From assembly GCA_905331295.1 (NCBI GenBank), contig CAJNYD010000333.1, positions 1 to 64,000 of the forward strand: 64,000 bases of DNA, given 5' to 3'. The notes under the pieces were generated by a model. That model ran no database searches. It saw nothing but the letters and a program-made list of their open reading frames with translations, and was not told the origin of the DNA. The DNA is from Rotaria socialis (Eukaryota). A program made the translations under genes and the position numbers. Shown piece by piece: positions 25,761 through 38,612 of this stretch. The number at the start of each line of letters is the position of its first letter. Within the stretch, counting starts at the first letter, position 1.

Positions 25761-27491
25761 AGAATGACACAAGATTTATGTTTGGATTTTGATTGATTCT
25801 GTTTTTTTAATAAAGTTTTCTTTGGAACTATTTTCGCTTTAAAATCTAAATTCGACTTGGATTGAGGTGGCCCTACAAAGATGAAAAAGAAGAGTTATTA
25901 GTTTTATTCCAACTCAGGGAGACATGAGAATGGATATCAAACACTAATAGATAGATACAAGGCGAAAACTATAAATCGATCATAGCTGCTGACCTTTGAT
26001 AGATGGCGATGGAGGTTGTTTGGCAGAACCATTGGTCCTTTTTGGTTTAATATGATGTTGAGGGGATTCCGATGGAGAACGTTTGAGTAAGTCAACTGAA
26101 GGTATTTGAATATATTCTTCTTTTTTGATCGCCGCAGATTGATTTGGAGTTATTTCGAAAGCAACTGATGGAGTAATGTTTAATGAAACGGCCTACATAG
26201 AATAATTGTTTTTTTCTTCGAGATTTTATTGATTTAAAAACTAATAAAAATCTCTAGTTCTACTCGTGAAAGAGAAGGTTTTAAGCTGTATTATGATTTG
26301 TATTTTCCTATTGGTTAATTTTTTCTTTAGTCTATCCTATGGAAGAGATTTAGGAGTTTGTATAACAGTAATTGACTGTTATACTGTATTTTTCATTGTA
26401 CTATTACGTGAATATCTCGTTCTCTCTTTTTTTTTATCTGCTTTCTCTTCTATATAAAGAGATGCACGCAAACGCAGTTTTTTTTTATAGATGATAAAAT
26501 ATACAATTACGTCGACGACTATCAATAATAATATCTATGTTCGCCATCATCGTCATCTCTAATTGACATCGAATATTTTTCGATATGCATGTATTAATAG
26601 GTCATGAAAACTTTAAAGGCAACATTGAATTTGTTTGCAAAGATATCCCGAGGTTATGAATATTACGGAGAAGGTGGATCTTAGAGAGGAGATGTTTGAA
26701 CAAGAAAAGAAAATTTATGAAGATTTGATGCGTACTTCTGATATTAATGAAGGAGTTGTTTGACTTTCTGATGCATGAATTGTTCTTGTAGGAATATTTT
26801 TAGTGTGTTGGGCATCTTTTCTTTCTATTAATGCTTTAGTTTTCAACGGGGCATATTGTGCAAGTTTTTCACGTTTATAGATTTTATTACGATATTCAAG
26901 AAAATTTGATAATGCTTTGCAACTAGGTAATTTTCGAAAATGACTGTAAGATTCAAGAGTATCCCCCATGATTGTATAAGCGGACTAGAACAAAGAAAAA
27001 CTCGTCATTGAATTTCTAAATAAAGCAATGATAAATCTTACACCTCGAGATCAACCTTTTCAGTACTGGTATAAATCGTAACTCGACAATTTCTACCCGA
27101 CCGATCATTGGTTGGCTCGAGAATTTCACTAGAAAAGCCAAATATGTTCATATTGATTTCATCTCGGTATAATTAATTACATATGACATCTTTTTTGACT
27201 TTCTTCAACATTTAGTTTTGTCACATCAGCCGATTGATTTTCGTCACAAGAAATTAATTGATGATGATGAGAATGAAATTTTGGTAATAGTAAATGTGTT
27301 ACTAATGGATCCGATACTGTTTGATTTGTTGTTTCATGCCAAAAAATGTCTTCCAACGATAATGAATTGTATGGATAGATTGAGTTCGACTTAGGTACAT
27401 GTTCTAAATATGTTTCATTGAGAATCGCTTGGGAATCAAATCGTGGTAGCATACGTAATGATTCAATAGCTTTTTCACGACTATTACTCAT
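25757..27491 (-). CDS. Uncharacterised multi-exon protein ending in polybasic + CAAX (CVIL); middle exons unresolved
   Basis: ORFs at 27177-27491 and 26715-26969 with splice sites; last two exons join as ..PPSPSIK/GPPQSKSNLDFKAKIVPKKTLLKKQNQSKSKHKSCVIL*. I could not thread a stop-free frame through 26200-26700. Confidence 0.5.
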
Positions 27492-28745
27492 AGATTCGAA
27501 TCATAGAAAACAAAACAAAATTCTCTAAATATATGTAACTAAGATAGAGGAAAGATCTATCGAACAAAATTATATATTTAGAAGCATAGAAATTAATTTA
27601 AAATTACAATCTATTTGTCCATGACTAAAATTTTACGACATGAAACAGTTACTATCAGATTTATACGATGATAAATGAGTTCAATAACTAAACTGTTTAA
27701 TAATCGACGTCTAGACATTAGCTACGATCGTTTTGTAGCGTTGTTTAGTATGTTTATTTTATAATGAAAAGACAAGAATATTTAAACGATTGTGAAACAT
27801 TTGAAAATTCAAGTAGTATAGATAACTCGAGAAGTTTTGTCGTAGTGACTTTTCGCAATCTGTTGAAAATATTTTTTTATATTATTAAATATTCAAATGG
27901 CGGATAATGAATAATACTAATAGGAAAATATTTTTTTCTCTCAAAATTATCGACGGAGTTCATTTAAGAATGGTTTGATCATATATTGTATTCGGCCAGC
28001 ATTCAGCTAAAATATTATTTGGCCCATCGTCTTAGAATTAATTATTAAACAAATCTTTCTCTTCTCGAAGATAAGATTTATCATCTATTTCCACATAGTA
28101 AAAAGACTCACACAGGTGGTTCATGTACTTCACTATATTTTTGAAAGCTGTTTATTACAGATTAATGAAGATTAAGACTTTTTACTCTGTTTTAATTTCT
28201 GTTGTAGCGACTGATCATGTTTCTTTATATCTCGGCGAGTTTAAAATTTCTTACATCTCATAAGTTCTCACTAAAATCTTCGAATAATCATCGGAGGGCG
28301 GCAGATGTTTTTTTCTTTTTTTTTTAAACTCAATGAGCTTTCCAAGGCTTGAAACCAACTAAAGAGGCACAGCCATTCGATATTCAGTGAGCAACTAAGA
28401 ATTTAATTCAGGATTATACATATATTTATGCCGTTTTTTCCGTCATCATGAAAACGCAGAGAGAAAAAAAAATAATAATGAACAACAAAACAACAACAAG
28501 CAAAGGATAGCAAAAAAAGAGAACCATGGCAAAAATGAATATTGAGTGAAATACTAATATTTGGAAATATATCTTATCCAAAGGCGCAAAAAAAAGAAAA
28601 CAAACGAAAGAATTCACATAGTATAATAGGACACAAGAGAAAGAAAAAAAAGGAAAAATCACAATATGCAACAGAATTTATGAATGTGTCTATCAGCAGT
28701 ATATTGGAAAAATTGATCACAGATGAAAACTCCTATGAACTATGT

Positions 28746-30614
28746 CTATTTTGGTGCTGTTTCATTGTCTATTACTACTGCTGTTGTTTTATCATTATTA
28801 GGTGTTTGTATACGACATATACGTTTTACTTTAGCTCGATGGTTTTTAAACCACAAACGTATATGTTTGGTTTCAAGTTTAGGAAATTTTGTTCGATATT
28901 CACCTTCATTTAATTCTGAACAGATACGTTCAATTAATAAATGATCAGGATGTGTTTCAATAGCAAACCATTGCTCTAATTTCGGTACTTCGCTTGTTGG
29001 ATCAATAAATATTCTATTGCGTCGAGAACGACTGTAATCGAATGTTGTTAATTTTGTTGAATTAAATGATGTTTGCGTTGATGGCGATTGTTCATTACTA
29101 ATTAAACTTCCATTATCATCATCATTACTTTCATCGGAATGCGTTAATTTCTGTTTTTGTTGATCCGTCAATGATATATCAAATGCTTGTAGATAATTAA
29201 AATAATAATTGCTAGGATGATTTTGTTGCTTTTGATTATTATCATCTGTATCGTCCATTTGATCATCGACATCGTCTTCGTCGATTTCATCCGATGAGTC
29301 AAGTTCGCATTTGGATGTATATTCTTGTACGGCTGCTGTTTCCGATGGAATAAATCGACGTTTTTTTCTTTTTAGTGCCGCCCGAGCATTTTTAAACCAA
29401 TATTGAATATTATAAGGTTCAAGAGCTTTTTTACCTAAATTCAAAATCATAAAAATATTTTTTTTTTATTTCAATCATAAAACGAATAGAAGATAAAACC
29501 TTTTCGACATGGCAAACCATTAAGTGTTTCACATATCGATGCTATTTGATACCGTGTAGGATGTTTTGTATCAGTAAATATTTGCAATAGACGTGGTGTT
29601 TCTTCATGTGGATCAAATGTAGTGCGTTCACGTTGACGTCGATTTGTTGATGCTGAATCATATTGCTGTTGGGTTAATGATAATAGACTAGCAAATGTAT
29701 TCGGATAATGAATATTTGGTTTTATGGATGATGAACATGGCTTTTTTGAAAGATTTAATGGAATGTTGTCACTAGAAACAAAACAAAAACCAGCATGAAA
29801 AATAATTCTGTGAATTCTAATTCTCTCTATTGATTTCATACCCGTCAGTGGTATTTGAATTTGATGAATAACCATTTGGACTTTGTTCATCATCATAGTC
29901 ACATTCATTTTTTACTCTATCATCGCTAACCATTAATGATATTGATTGTTTAAATAAATTATTTGTTCGTTTATCTTCCGATGATGAATTTGCGTATCTT
30001 TTCACGAAAAAAAAATCATTGATAAAATAAAATTTTCTTTTTGCTCATTTAATTATCTTACTTTGAAGATACACGAATTTGTAGTACAGCAATATTCATA
30101 AGATCGCCTAAAATATCTTGAACAGTAGCTGTACGACTTTCTGTAACTGTTTCAATAGATAATGGATTCCAATTTTTAATTAAAATTTCGCCTAAACAAA
30201 TAGATTTTCGATTATAATTCTCTATCGTTCTTTGTCCTTACCATCGATTCTTTCATCTTGTTCAATTTTACCAACGTCAACTTCCATACTTCGTAAAACA
30301 ACATGAACAATATCATGAAATTTTGTGTGTGCTAGAATCATGACGAAGCCATCTTGTAATACACGTTGTGGACACTCATCACGTGTAACCACACAGTGTA
30401 CTGGTAGAAATTTATTGTTTAACGCCAGACCTAGAACAAAGAGAAAAAAGAATAATAGAAAAAAAAATGAAATTTCACACATTTTGTTTGATTTGCAAAA
30501 AAAAAGAAAAAAGAAAGAACGTGTTGTTAGAATTTTCTTGATGATTGCACACATTTTATGTCCCTTAAGCAATGTATTACCTGCAGATAATTTATCTAAA
30601 TGACGTGAAACCAT
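28746..30614 (-). CDS. dve: Defective proventriculus (Dve)/SATB-like CUT-class homeobox protein
   Basis: COMPASS domain (LPVHCVV; GEILIKNWNPLSIETVT..ATVQDILGDL) plus two atypical homeodomains (RTTFDPHEETPRL..HPTRYQI..IQYWFKNARA; RIFIDPTSEVPKLEQWF..HP..IRLWFKNHRAK). Confidence 0.88.
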
Positions 30615-33347
30615 TTCTTTTTTAATTTGGAGAAGACAACAACAACAAAAAAACCAGAACGTTGCTTAAAATCAACGAACAATTTCGTAGAAGTTTTTCT
30701 TCTTCTGCTTTTTTCAAAAAAATTAACAAATCCTTTTACTATTTCTTGCTCGTCTTCGCGTTTCAAATAAGAACAAGAAGAAAAGAAGATATGATACACG
30801 AAAATGATCGGGGGGAGACCTCTTCCTTTTTCTCCTGCACTTTTTCTCTCCTACTCGTTACAACCAATCAATTGACAACGAACATAGCGGAGTTTTGTAA
30901 ATCACACCGTTTCTTTTCTCAACATCAATTTTATTAGTCAATATTTCGTAACACTCAAGCCTCACTGAACCGAAACAACCAACCAGTGAAAGCGCTAGAG
31001 AGAATAGGCAAAAAAACCTTGTCAATGAATCAATAAGGACATATTACTGTGTCGTCTTCTACGTTGATAATTTTCGCCAATTGCTTTTTTTTTTTTGCAT
31101 TATATTTATTAGTGATTATTGCAATAAAACAAGATATCAATCATGTCCTATACATTCTCGTTCTTTTTTCTCTCTTCATTTTTGCTGAATAATTTGTTTT
31201 ATCTTGATTTCCCGCTCTCGTTTTATTGCACAACGTTAGCCAAGCGTAACCATCTTAGTATGTATATGTATGAGCTAACATCCAATCATTCGAATGCGTT
31301 AGGAGAAGAAGAAGAAGAATAAGAGAGAAGAAGCTATAAAGCAAATTGACAAATGTCGTAAAGTCTTCGTTCGTCTTTGATTTCTTTTTTTAAAATAAAA
31401 AATAAAAAAAAGAATCATAGATTTTTAACGATGTATTGATCTGTCAACAAATGCTTCTGTGTCTTAAATCAATAGAGCAGACGCGCTTCAAACACTGCAT
31501 ATAGGAACGCGATTGCTTTACTCAAGTCTCTCGTTAGTGAGATAAGTAATACCCTATTCAATTTCACTAGTCGTTTCGCCTCATCCACTGTGATGAGTAG
31601 CAACTGTTGTTTAGTGATAATAGCTTCTCTATCGTTATATCAACACCCAATAAAATTTCGATGCGAAATAACAGAATGAAACACAATTATATATATACGT
31701 TTGCATATAATACACTCACTTGCCGAGTTGAACAGGCCAAGTGACATTTTGATAGTTGAGAAAGAATGAGGTTAAGCTTTATTTTACGTTTTTTTTTAAA
31801 GTGTTAATCACATTGGCAAACCAAATGCATTGCATAGCAATAGCAACCATGATTTCGAAATGAAGATGAAGCCGGCTGATGCCATTCTTACTCTCTATAT
31901 CGACTACAGTCTTGAATGAAAAAAGAAGAGAGGACAGAGAGAGAGAGAGAGAGAGCGAGTATTTTAACTTAAGTTGACATACGGATGCATTATTTCTCAC
32001 TTTTTTTTCAAAAGAGAAAAAGAAAGTGAGTCGGAGCTATAAAATGCAATCGAGAAAAAAAAGAAAACTGAACGTTTCAACCTAATGCTCGACGATTATC
32101 CCAACAACAACAACATTATCGTATATAACTGTCGTTGGGAATGAGAAGAGGGACTGAAATGTGCTTGAAAAAACTTTGATAAAGTGGCAATGGTAAGAAA
32201 AAAGTGAACGCAAAATGTTTGAAGGATTTTCTCATTGTTTTTTTTTCATTTTAGTCATTGCAATTAGAGATAATAACTAACACATACTCATTTACATATT
32301 CTTCAGTCGGAAGACATTTAAAAAAGGAGAGAGAGAGAGAGAGAGAGAGAGAAAGAAAGTGAATTTTCATTTCGAAGACACTTATGAATAAAACGCAATA
32401 ATAGAAATAAAACTAATTTAAGGTAGTTGTTGTAAGTTATAAAATCCTAGTGCGTGTTAATCATAGTGTGAAACGTCGATGGCGGAAGTACATGACAACT
32501 AAAAAAAAGGTGAGAATTTTCTGCGTATACGAGCACTTTAGTAATATGCTACAACTTTCAAAGATTAAAAACATGCGAAGTCTTAGCTCTAAGAAAAATG
32601 AACATTACAAATGAAAATGACAGACTAAACTCTTGCCGAGGTTCCTTTTTTTTATTCTCGCTTATTAAATTATTCAAAATGCCGTGCAAACATACGCTTA
32701 CGAGCTGACAAACGAACTTTACTCTCCGATTTTGTATGCAAGCCAGTAGCGAACAAGGATTACCTGCTAAAGTTTTATGACAACTACTTGACCAAAAAAA
32801 AAATATACAGCTAAAATGAAACGAATGGTACCACGAACATCAATCCACTAAGCTTGTAAATATTATAATCGACAACGATAAAAAAAAGGCGAGTGACACA
32901 GAGGTGGTGATTAACCTTCTCTACTCACTTTCGCATTTGTTATTGCCGTGGATAGGTGGATTAGTTAATGGAGAGGCAGTGGGAGAAGCGATAACGATAC
33001 TTCGATTTCCATTCATATGAGGAATAAAAAAAGAAAAGGGAAAATCGCAAGATATATATATATATATATGCCGCAAATTGATGGAAGAAAGAGATTAACT
33101 TTTTTTTTTGAAGACGACAATCTGGTGCCTGTACTATATACGTATAGGAGGCACGAGCACGGCTGGCGCTCGCCATTCATACAAGAGAAAACAAGAGCAC
33201 GAATGTCATCAATATAAGCTACACAAAAAAAGAAAAAGAAAGTAAAAGATTGTAAAGAAATAGTTGAAGGTGGTCACTCGCCATAGTCGCTTGATTGATT
33301 TGCTTCAATTTGTTCAAAATGACAAGTGTGATCTGACATACACACAT

Positions 33348-33383
<36 letters not shown>

Positions 33384-34657
33384 CCCATATATACTTACTT
33401 TCTTTTCTTATTGATACTCCTTCTAATAACAACTGGTGCATATCGTCTGGGTACAAGAAAAAATTATTTTATATCACATTACTTTTGAAAAAGAGAAAGA
33501 AAAGAAAGGTAATTTATTTAAAAGGAAAATGAACATCTTCATGATGTAATCTCTTTAAAATCTACCTTTATACATGACAATCCTAGTATCTTTCGTATTC
33601 TCGATAAGCTCTACGGTCTCGTTCTTTACCATCTCCTCTTTTACCAGCGAAAAAAAGAAGTATACAAAAAAAAGAGAAGCACGAATGACAACGACTACTT
33701 GCGTATTATCTATCCTAATCTTGACATATATATGTTTACAGAATAACGGTTCGTTTTTTCTTCTTCTGTCGTCTCTTCACTGTTGATAGATATCTGTAAA
33801 ATATTCATTCGTGTGCATAACAATGAAAACGAAAAGACTAAATTAAAAAATCTTTCATATCGATGATCTCTTTTATAGATCGGTTAACTATTGGTTATGT
33901 ACATGTTTTCAAATAGCGTGACAGATAGGAGAGAAGAACAAACGATTATTTGTCCCATCAGTTGTTCTTTTTCACACGCATTCGCCGTGACGCGAGACGT
34001 ACGCATGAAAATTAGGATAATGGTTATTTTGATTATCATCGTTCAACTATTACTATTCATACATACATATATATCGCATGTGAGAATATATAACAAGAAT
34101 AAAAATAATTTTCTTACTTAAACGACGACAAAAGTAACAATGTTCGTGTCTTGCCAACGGCCAAAAATGACGGCGAAGTTCGACATCTAAAGCGATAAGC
34201 TATCATTAATCTTTGATAGAATGAGTCGAAGAGGGAGTAGCACAAAAAAATATTCAGGTGAAAGAAAGAAAGACCAAGAATACGCACACCTGTCCTTCTT
34301 GTGTTATTACGATTCTTTATATATCGTTATCCTGTTATACAAAGAGTTGGATTAACGCTACTATATACCCTCTGAGTGACCCGATCAATGAACATATTCA
34401 AACAAAAAAAATGAATGTGTATTATCGCTTCTTCTGGCAAGACATACAATTTGAGTCCATAGAGATGAAGAAAAAAAAGAGAGAACGAGAGAGAGAGAGA
34501 AAGAAGAAATGGATTTCGGGTGGTGATGGTGGCGGCGGTGTGCTCTTGTGTCAAACATACACACAAATCACAATCAATTCTAATACACATCGTGCGACAG
34601 ACCTCCTCCCCTCTCGAGCCGAACGGTAATCACTTTTTTCCTCTCTTTCTAAGTAGA

Positions 34658-34684
34658 AGCAGCAGCAGCAGCAGCAGCAGCAGC
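34658..34684. repeat. (AGC)9 microsatellite
   Basis: Read directly. Confidence 0.9.
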
Positions 34685-34936
34685 CGAGACGTCGTGTTCA
34701 CTATAAAATTCATTCTCGCCCGTCTATCGACTCGCTTTTCCCCTACCTACCTTCATCTTTCTGTTAATCGTCCATTTTTGATAAGATGCCATGCCCGATG
34801 TCGTCTCTCTAGATTTTATGTTCTCGTTCTCTTTGTTCGGAGAGTTAATCTAACATAAGGTTGAGTACTGTCGATTTCTTTCCTTGTCATCATCGTCGTC
34901 ATCCTGATTTACGAACAAACAACATGTAAGAAAAAA

Positions 34937-34937
<1 letters not shown>

Positions 34938-34972
<35 letters not shown>
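34938..34972. repeat. (AGT)11 microsatellite
   Basis: Read directly. Confidence 0.9.
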
Positions 34973-36425
34973 CGCAACACTATCGACTAAGGTAGATTAT
35001 ACAGAAGTAAGAACGGGGATCAATGTCGGCAGTAATCAGCAGACAGAACGAAAAAACCCTGGTGGAAAAAAGAAGTTTAATTGAGTTTTCGCTTACCCGT
35101 CTACAAAGCAGGCGCATTTGGTATGCGATAAACCTAAGCTGATATATTGTGCATTATTGAGACAGGAAAAATGTTAACAAAGAAAAAGCTAGAAAAAAAA
35201 GAATTTCCGAGTTGAGATTAGGAACTGAGCAATATGCGCGTTGTCAGAATGCATAGCGGCTCACTCACTTTCTCTCTCGCTTCTTCTATTTTTTTAATCC
35301 AGATTAGCTGTTCGTAATGTATATAGGCTGCATTCAAGCGAAGACCGGAGATTAATAATGATGATGAAAGACCATTTCTCAATGATATTGTATTAAATAT
35401 GAGATTATCAATATAATCGCTTGTTGGATCGATGAGCAAATCACAGATTCATATCCGAAGATTATACGAATAGAATTTTAATATTTTAATTGGTTGATTA
35501 TAGAAAATTTGTTTTTAACTTAGTCTCAAAATTTTGATTTACAAATAAAATAGATACGAATCAACGCAGTTCTTCGATGAAATCGATAATCCATTTTGAA
35601 TTTATTGACGAAAAACTCATCCTGATGAACTTGCAAGTCAATGTTAAACAATTACTATTAAAACATTGGGAAGAAAAAGGCATCAGATAAATAAATTCAT
35701 TTTCGATCTATATACTTTTCATGCTAACAATGAATAAATTGTTCTTTTTATGTTTTTTAAAAAATTTATATTTTTCGTTCCGACGATTGTTACATTATAA
35801 TTGATTTCATAGTATCGAATATACGCTGGTCATGATTGTTGCTTGAATATCTTCATAATTTGAAATATGATATTGTTCGAAAATAAATGTTATAATGTAT
35901 TGGCTGTCGTACACGGTATAGTAGTCGTTGTTAAATAGAACAATTGAAAAATGTAAGATGTTTATTGGATATTTAATGGAAAAAGAAACTTTTAATGAGT
36001 TTTAAACGTTCAGAAATACACCATCTTGAATACATTTTTTTCAATATTAACGGATGAAATGTTAAAATCAAGCAGAATGCGGAAGAAATCCATGATTAGA
36101 CTGTACATTTCTTTTTTTACAGTAATCTGTCACTTTCATGATCATAATAGTATAATACTGGCCATTTCCGTAATTGATTCATACGCTTACCAGTCTGAAG
36201 TATTGCAAGACTAAGCAGTATATTAGCTCTACTTAATTGGTTTTTTTTGTTTAGTTGCAGTCAAAAAAAAAAAAACTTCATGGTACTCTTAACCATTGAA
36301 ATGTCAACATCTCAAACAGATGAATAAGAAAATGTTTTTTTCTTTTGATTCATCAAATAGTTATTCATGGTTAATAATGCATCGCTCTTTATAGATTGTC
36401 ATTCGGCGATGATGAAACACAGTAG

Positions 36426-37053
36426 AACTAACGAGGAAACCTCTCCAAGTGATGCCAGCCATTCGGGTTCATATTGTGCTCATAAGTAGGACCCAGTGAG
36501 ATTAGAAAAAGTCTAAAAGATTTCGTGCCATTAGGCCTTCTCTCAAAGTTATGAACGTTTTACTAAATTTTCGACCTTGAACAAGTAGTTTATAGAAAAA
36601 CTGAATGAAGGAATTTCGAACTGAAAATTTTCCTAACAATAGGTCTCATTGATGTAAGAAGGTTCCAAAATTTTCAGTGAAAACGGATGCACCGTTTTCG
36701 AGATATTGAATATTGATGGAAACGACCATTTTCCAAAAAAATGTCGTAAAATTGACTTCTCTTCAATATTCAATATCTCGAGAATGATGCATCCGTTTTC
36801 ATTGAAACTTTCGGAACCGTCTAACATCGATGAGACCTATTGTTAGGAAAATTTTCAATTCAAAATTCCTTCATTCAGTTTTTCTATAAATTACTTGTTC
36901 AAGGTCGAAAATTTAGTAAAACGTTCATAACTTTGAGAGAAAGGCTTAATGGCACGAAATCTTTTAGACTTTTCTAATCTCACTGGGTCCTACTTATGAG
37001 CACAATATGAACCCGAATGGTTGGCATCACTTGGAGAGGTTTCCTCGTTAGTT
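36426..37053. mobile_element. Long near-perfect palindromic non-autonomous DNA transposon
   Basis: AACTAACGAGGAAACCTCTCCAAGTGATGCC... ~290-bp arm, ~40-bp spacer, then the reverse complement ending GGCATCACTTGGAGAGGTTTCCTCGTTAGTT; only scattered mismatches. Confidence 0.9.
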
Positions 37054-38612
37054 ATTAATATAAAATTAACTGAGGTTTTTCGAAAATAGCTTTTCTATCA
37101 TTATACATAAGTACAGACACACTCACACAGTGTGTGATTTTATTCGAAATACTAGTTTCAGTATAAACAGCATTTTTGTTTTTAATTTAAAACATGAAGT
37201 TTTTTTCAAAAGAATCAATTCTACATTTTCATAGACTCTTTTAGTTTTAAATATTTATATTATGTTGTAATTCAATTAACTTTCTTTTCCATAGATTTAT
37301 GCTATTATATGACTAAAATCCATTAGGAAGATTATTATCTGTATAAATATAATCCTAATTCTTTTATCTTCTAAATTCATGTTTATGAATAGGTCAGCAT
37401 AATATTTTATGAAAGTTCTCCAACTTTAAAATGTATAAATTAAAAATCTAAAGTACAATGTCATACATAAACGTAACGGTACATGCACATAATTTCCATA
37501 ATCGACTTAAAACAATTCTTTTAATGCGTCCATTAAATCTTTATAAGATAATTTACTTAACGATTTTCACTTATTTTCTCAAATTCATTCACGTCATTCT
37601 CTCTTACATTTGTGTTGCTCATATGCTAGAAAGATTTTCCATGTACGCAGTGAAACAGACCGTAACGATAAAAAAATATCATGACGTCATCATGTTATCT
37701 TTATAAGAAAAAAATAATACTTTTAATAAAGCGTCAATGGCGTCATAACATTTTTCTTCTTCTACTATGGATCGAATAGATCAAACACGAATGTTTTATA
37801 TTTATTGAAACAAATCCAAACATGACCGTCAAGCATCGTAGGAAATAAATACCGATTGATTTTTATTAATTGGTGATGTTGTCGAAACAAGATCAAACGA
37901 TCTCCAAATAGACAATCAATTGAAGCAAGAGCTCTTTAAAATCATTTCTCATTAATAAAGCTAAATAAATAGTTTCAATCGGTGTTGAAAACTCCGCGTC
38001 TTCTTGATTGCGTACGTTTTTTCTTAATTGGAGGAAAAAAATGCCCGCAATCAAGCTGTAGCCGAATACTCGGTATTCATACTTTGAAAACTTATTTTTA
38101 ATATAAATGATTTGTTTTATACTTTATTTCCCTTTTGAAAAATCTTATAAAAAAGAAAAACGTGAAAGAATAATTACCAAGAGTAGTAGTAGGCATGAGT
38201 TTTGTTTTTAAATATTTATTTTTTGACCTACGATTATCTGACAGTAGTGTGCTTTTGAAAATTCTCTTGTGCTCGTTAGTTGAATATAAGAAAAAAAAAG
38301 ACAAATATTAAAAGTGCACTCCAGAAATTAAATCATCTACACTACGATGGTGATAAGAAACTCGGATGGTTTTTTAATTTGTTCAGTCATTCTGCACGCA
38401 TACACACAAACACATAGTCATCACAGATGCGAGAAAAAATTTTGATGATTTTAGGAGAAGATAAAGAAGAAAAGCTTTTGAAAATGAAAAACTCTCAATG
38501 CAAACGCAGTAGAAGAAAAAATAGAATGAGAAATCTGTAAGAAAAGGAAAACAAAAAAGAATACGATAATCGCACTTGATTTTAAACCATAAAAAAAGCG
38601 ATAAAAAATTTG

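Noticed and set aside
28426..28944. Overlapping ORFs at the dve 3' end
   Set aside because: Antisense shadows of the homeobox exon and the A/T-rich 3'UTR.
32099..32140. Small hairpin TCCCAACAACA...TGTCGTTGGGA
   Set aside because: The 11-bp stem is too short for a pre-miRNA and matches no miRNA I recognise.
30900..35500. Many short ORFs in the ORF track
   Set aside because: Low-complexity translations of microsatellites and A/T runs, with no domain motifs or consistent splice structure.
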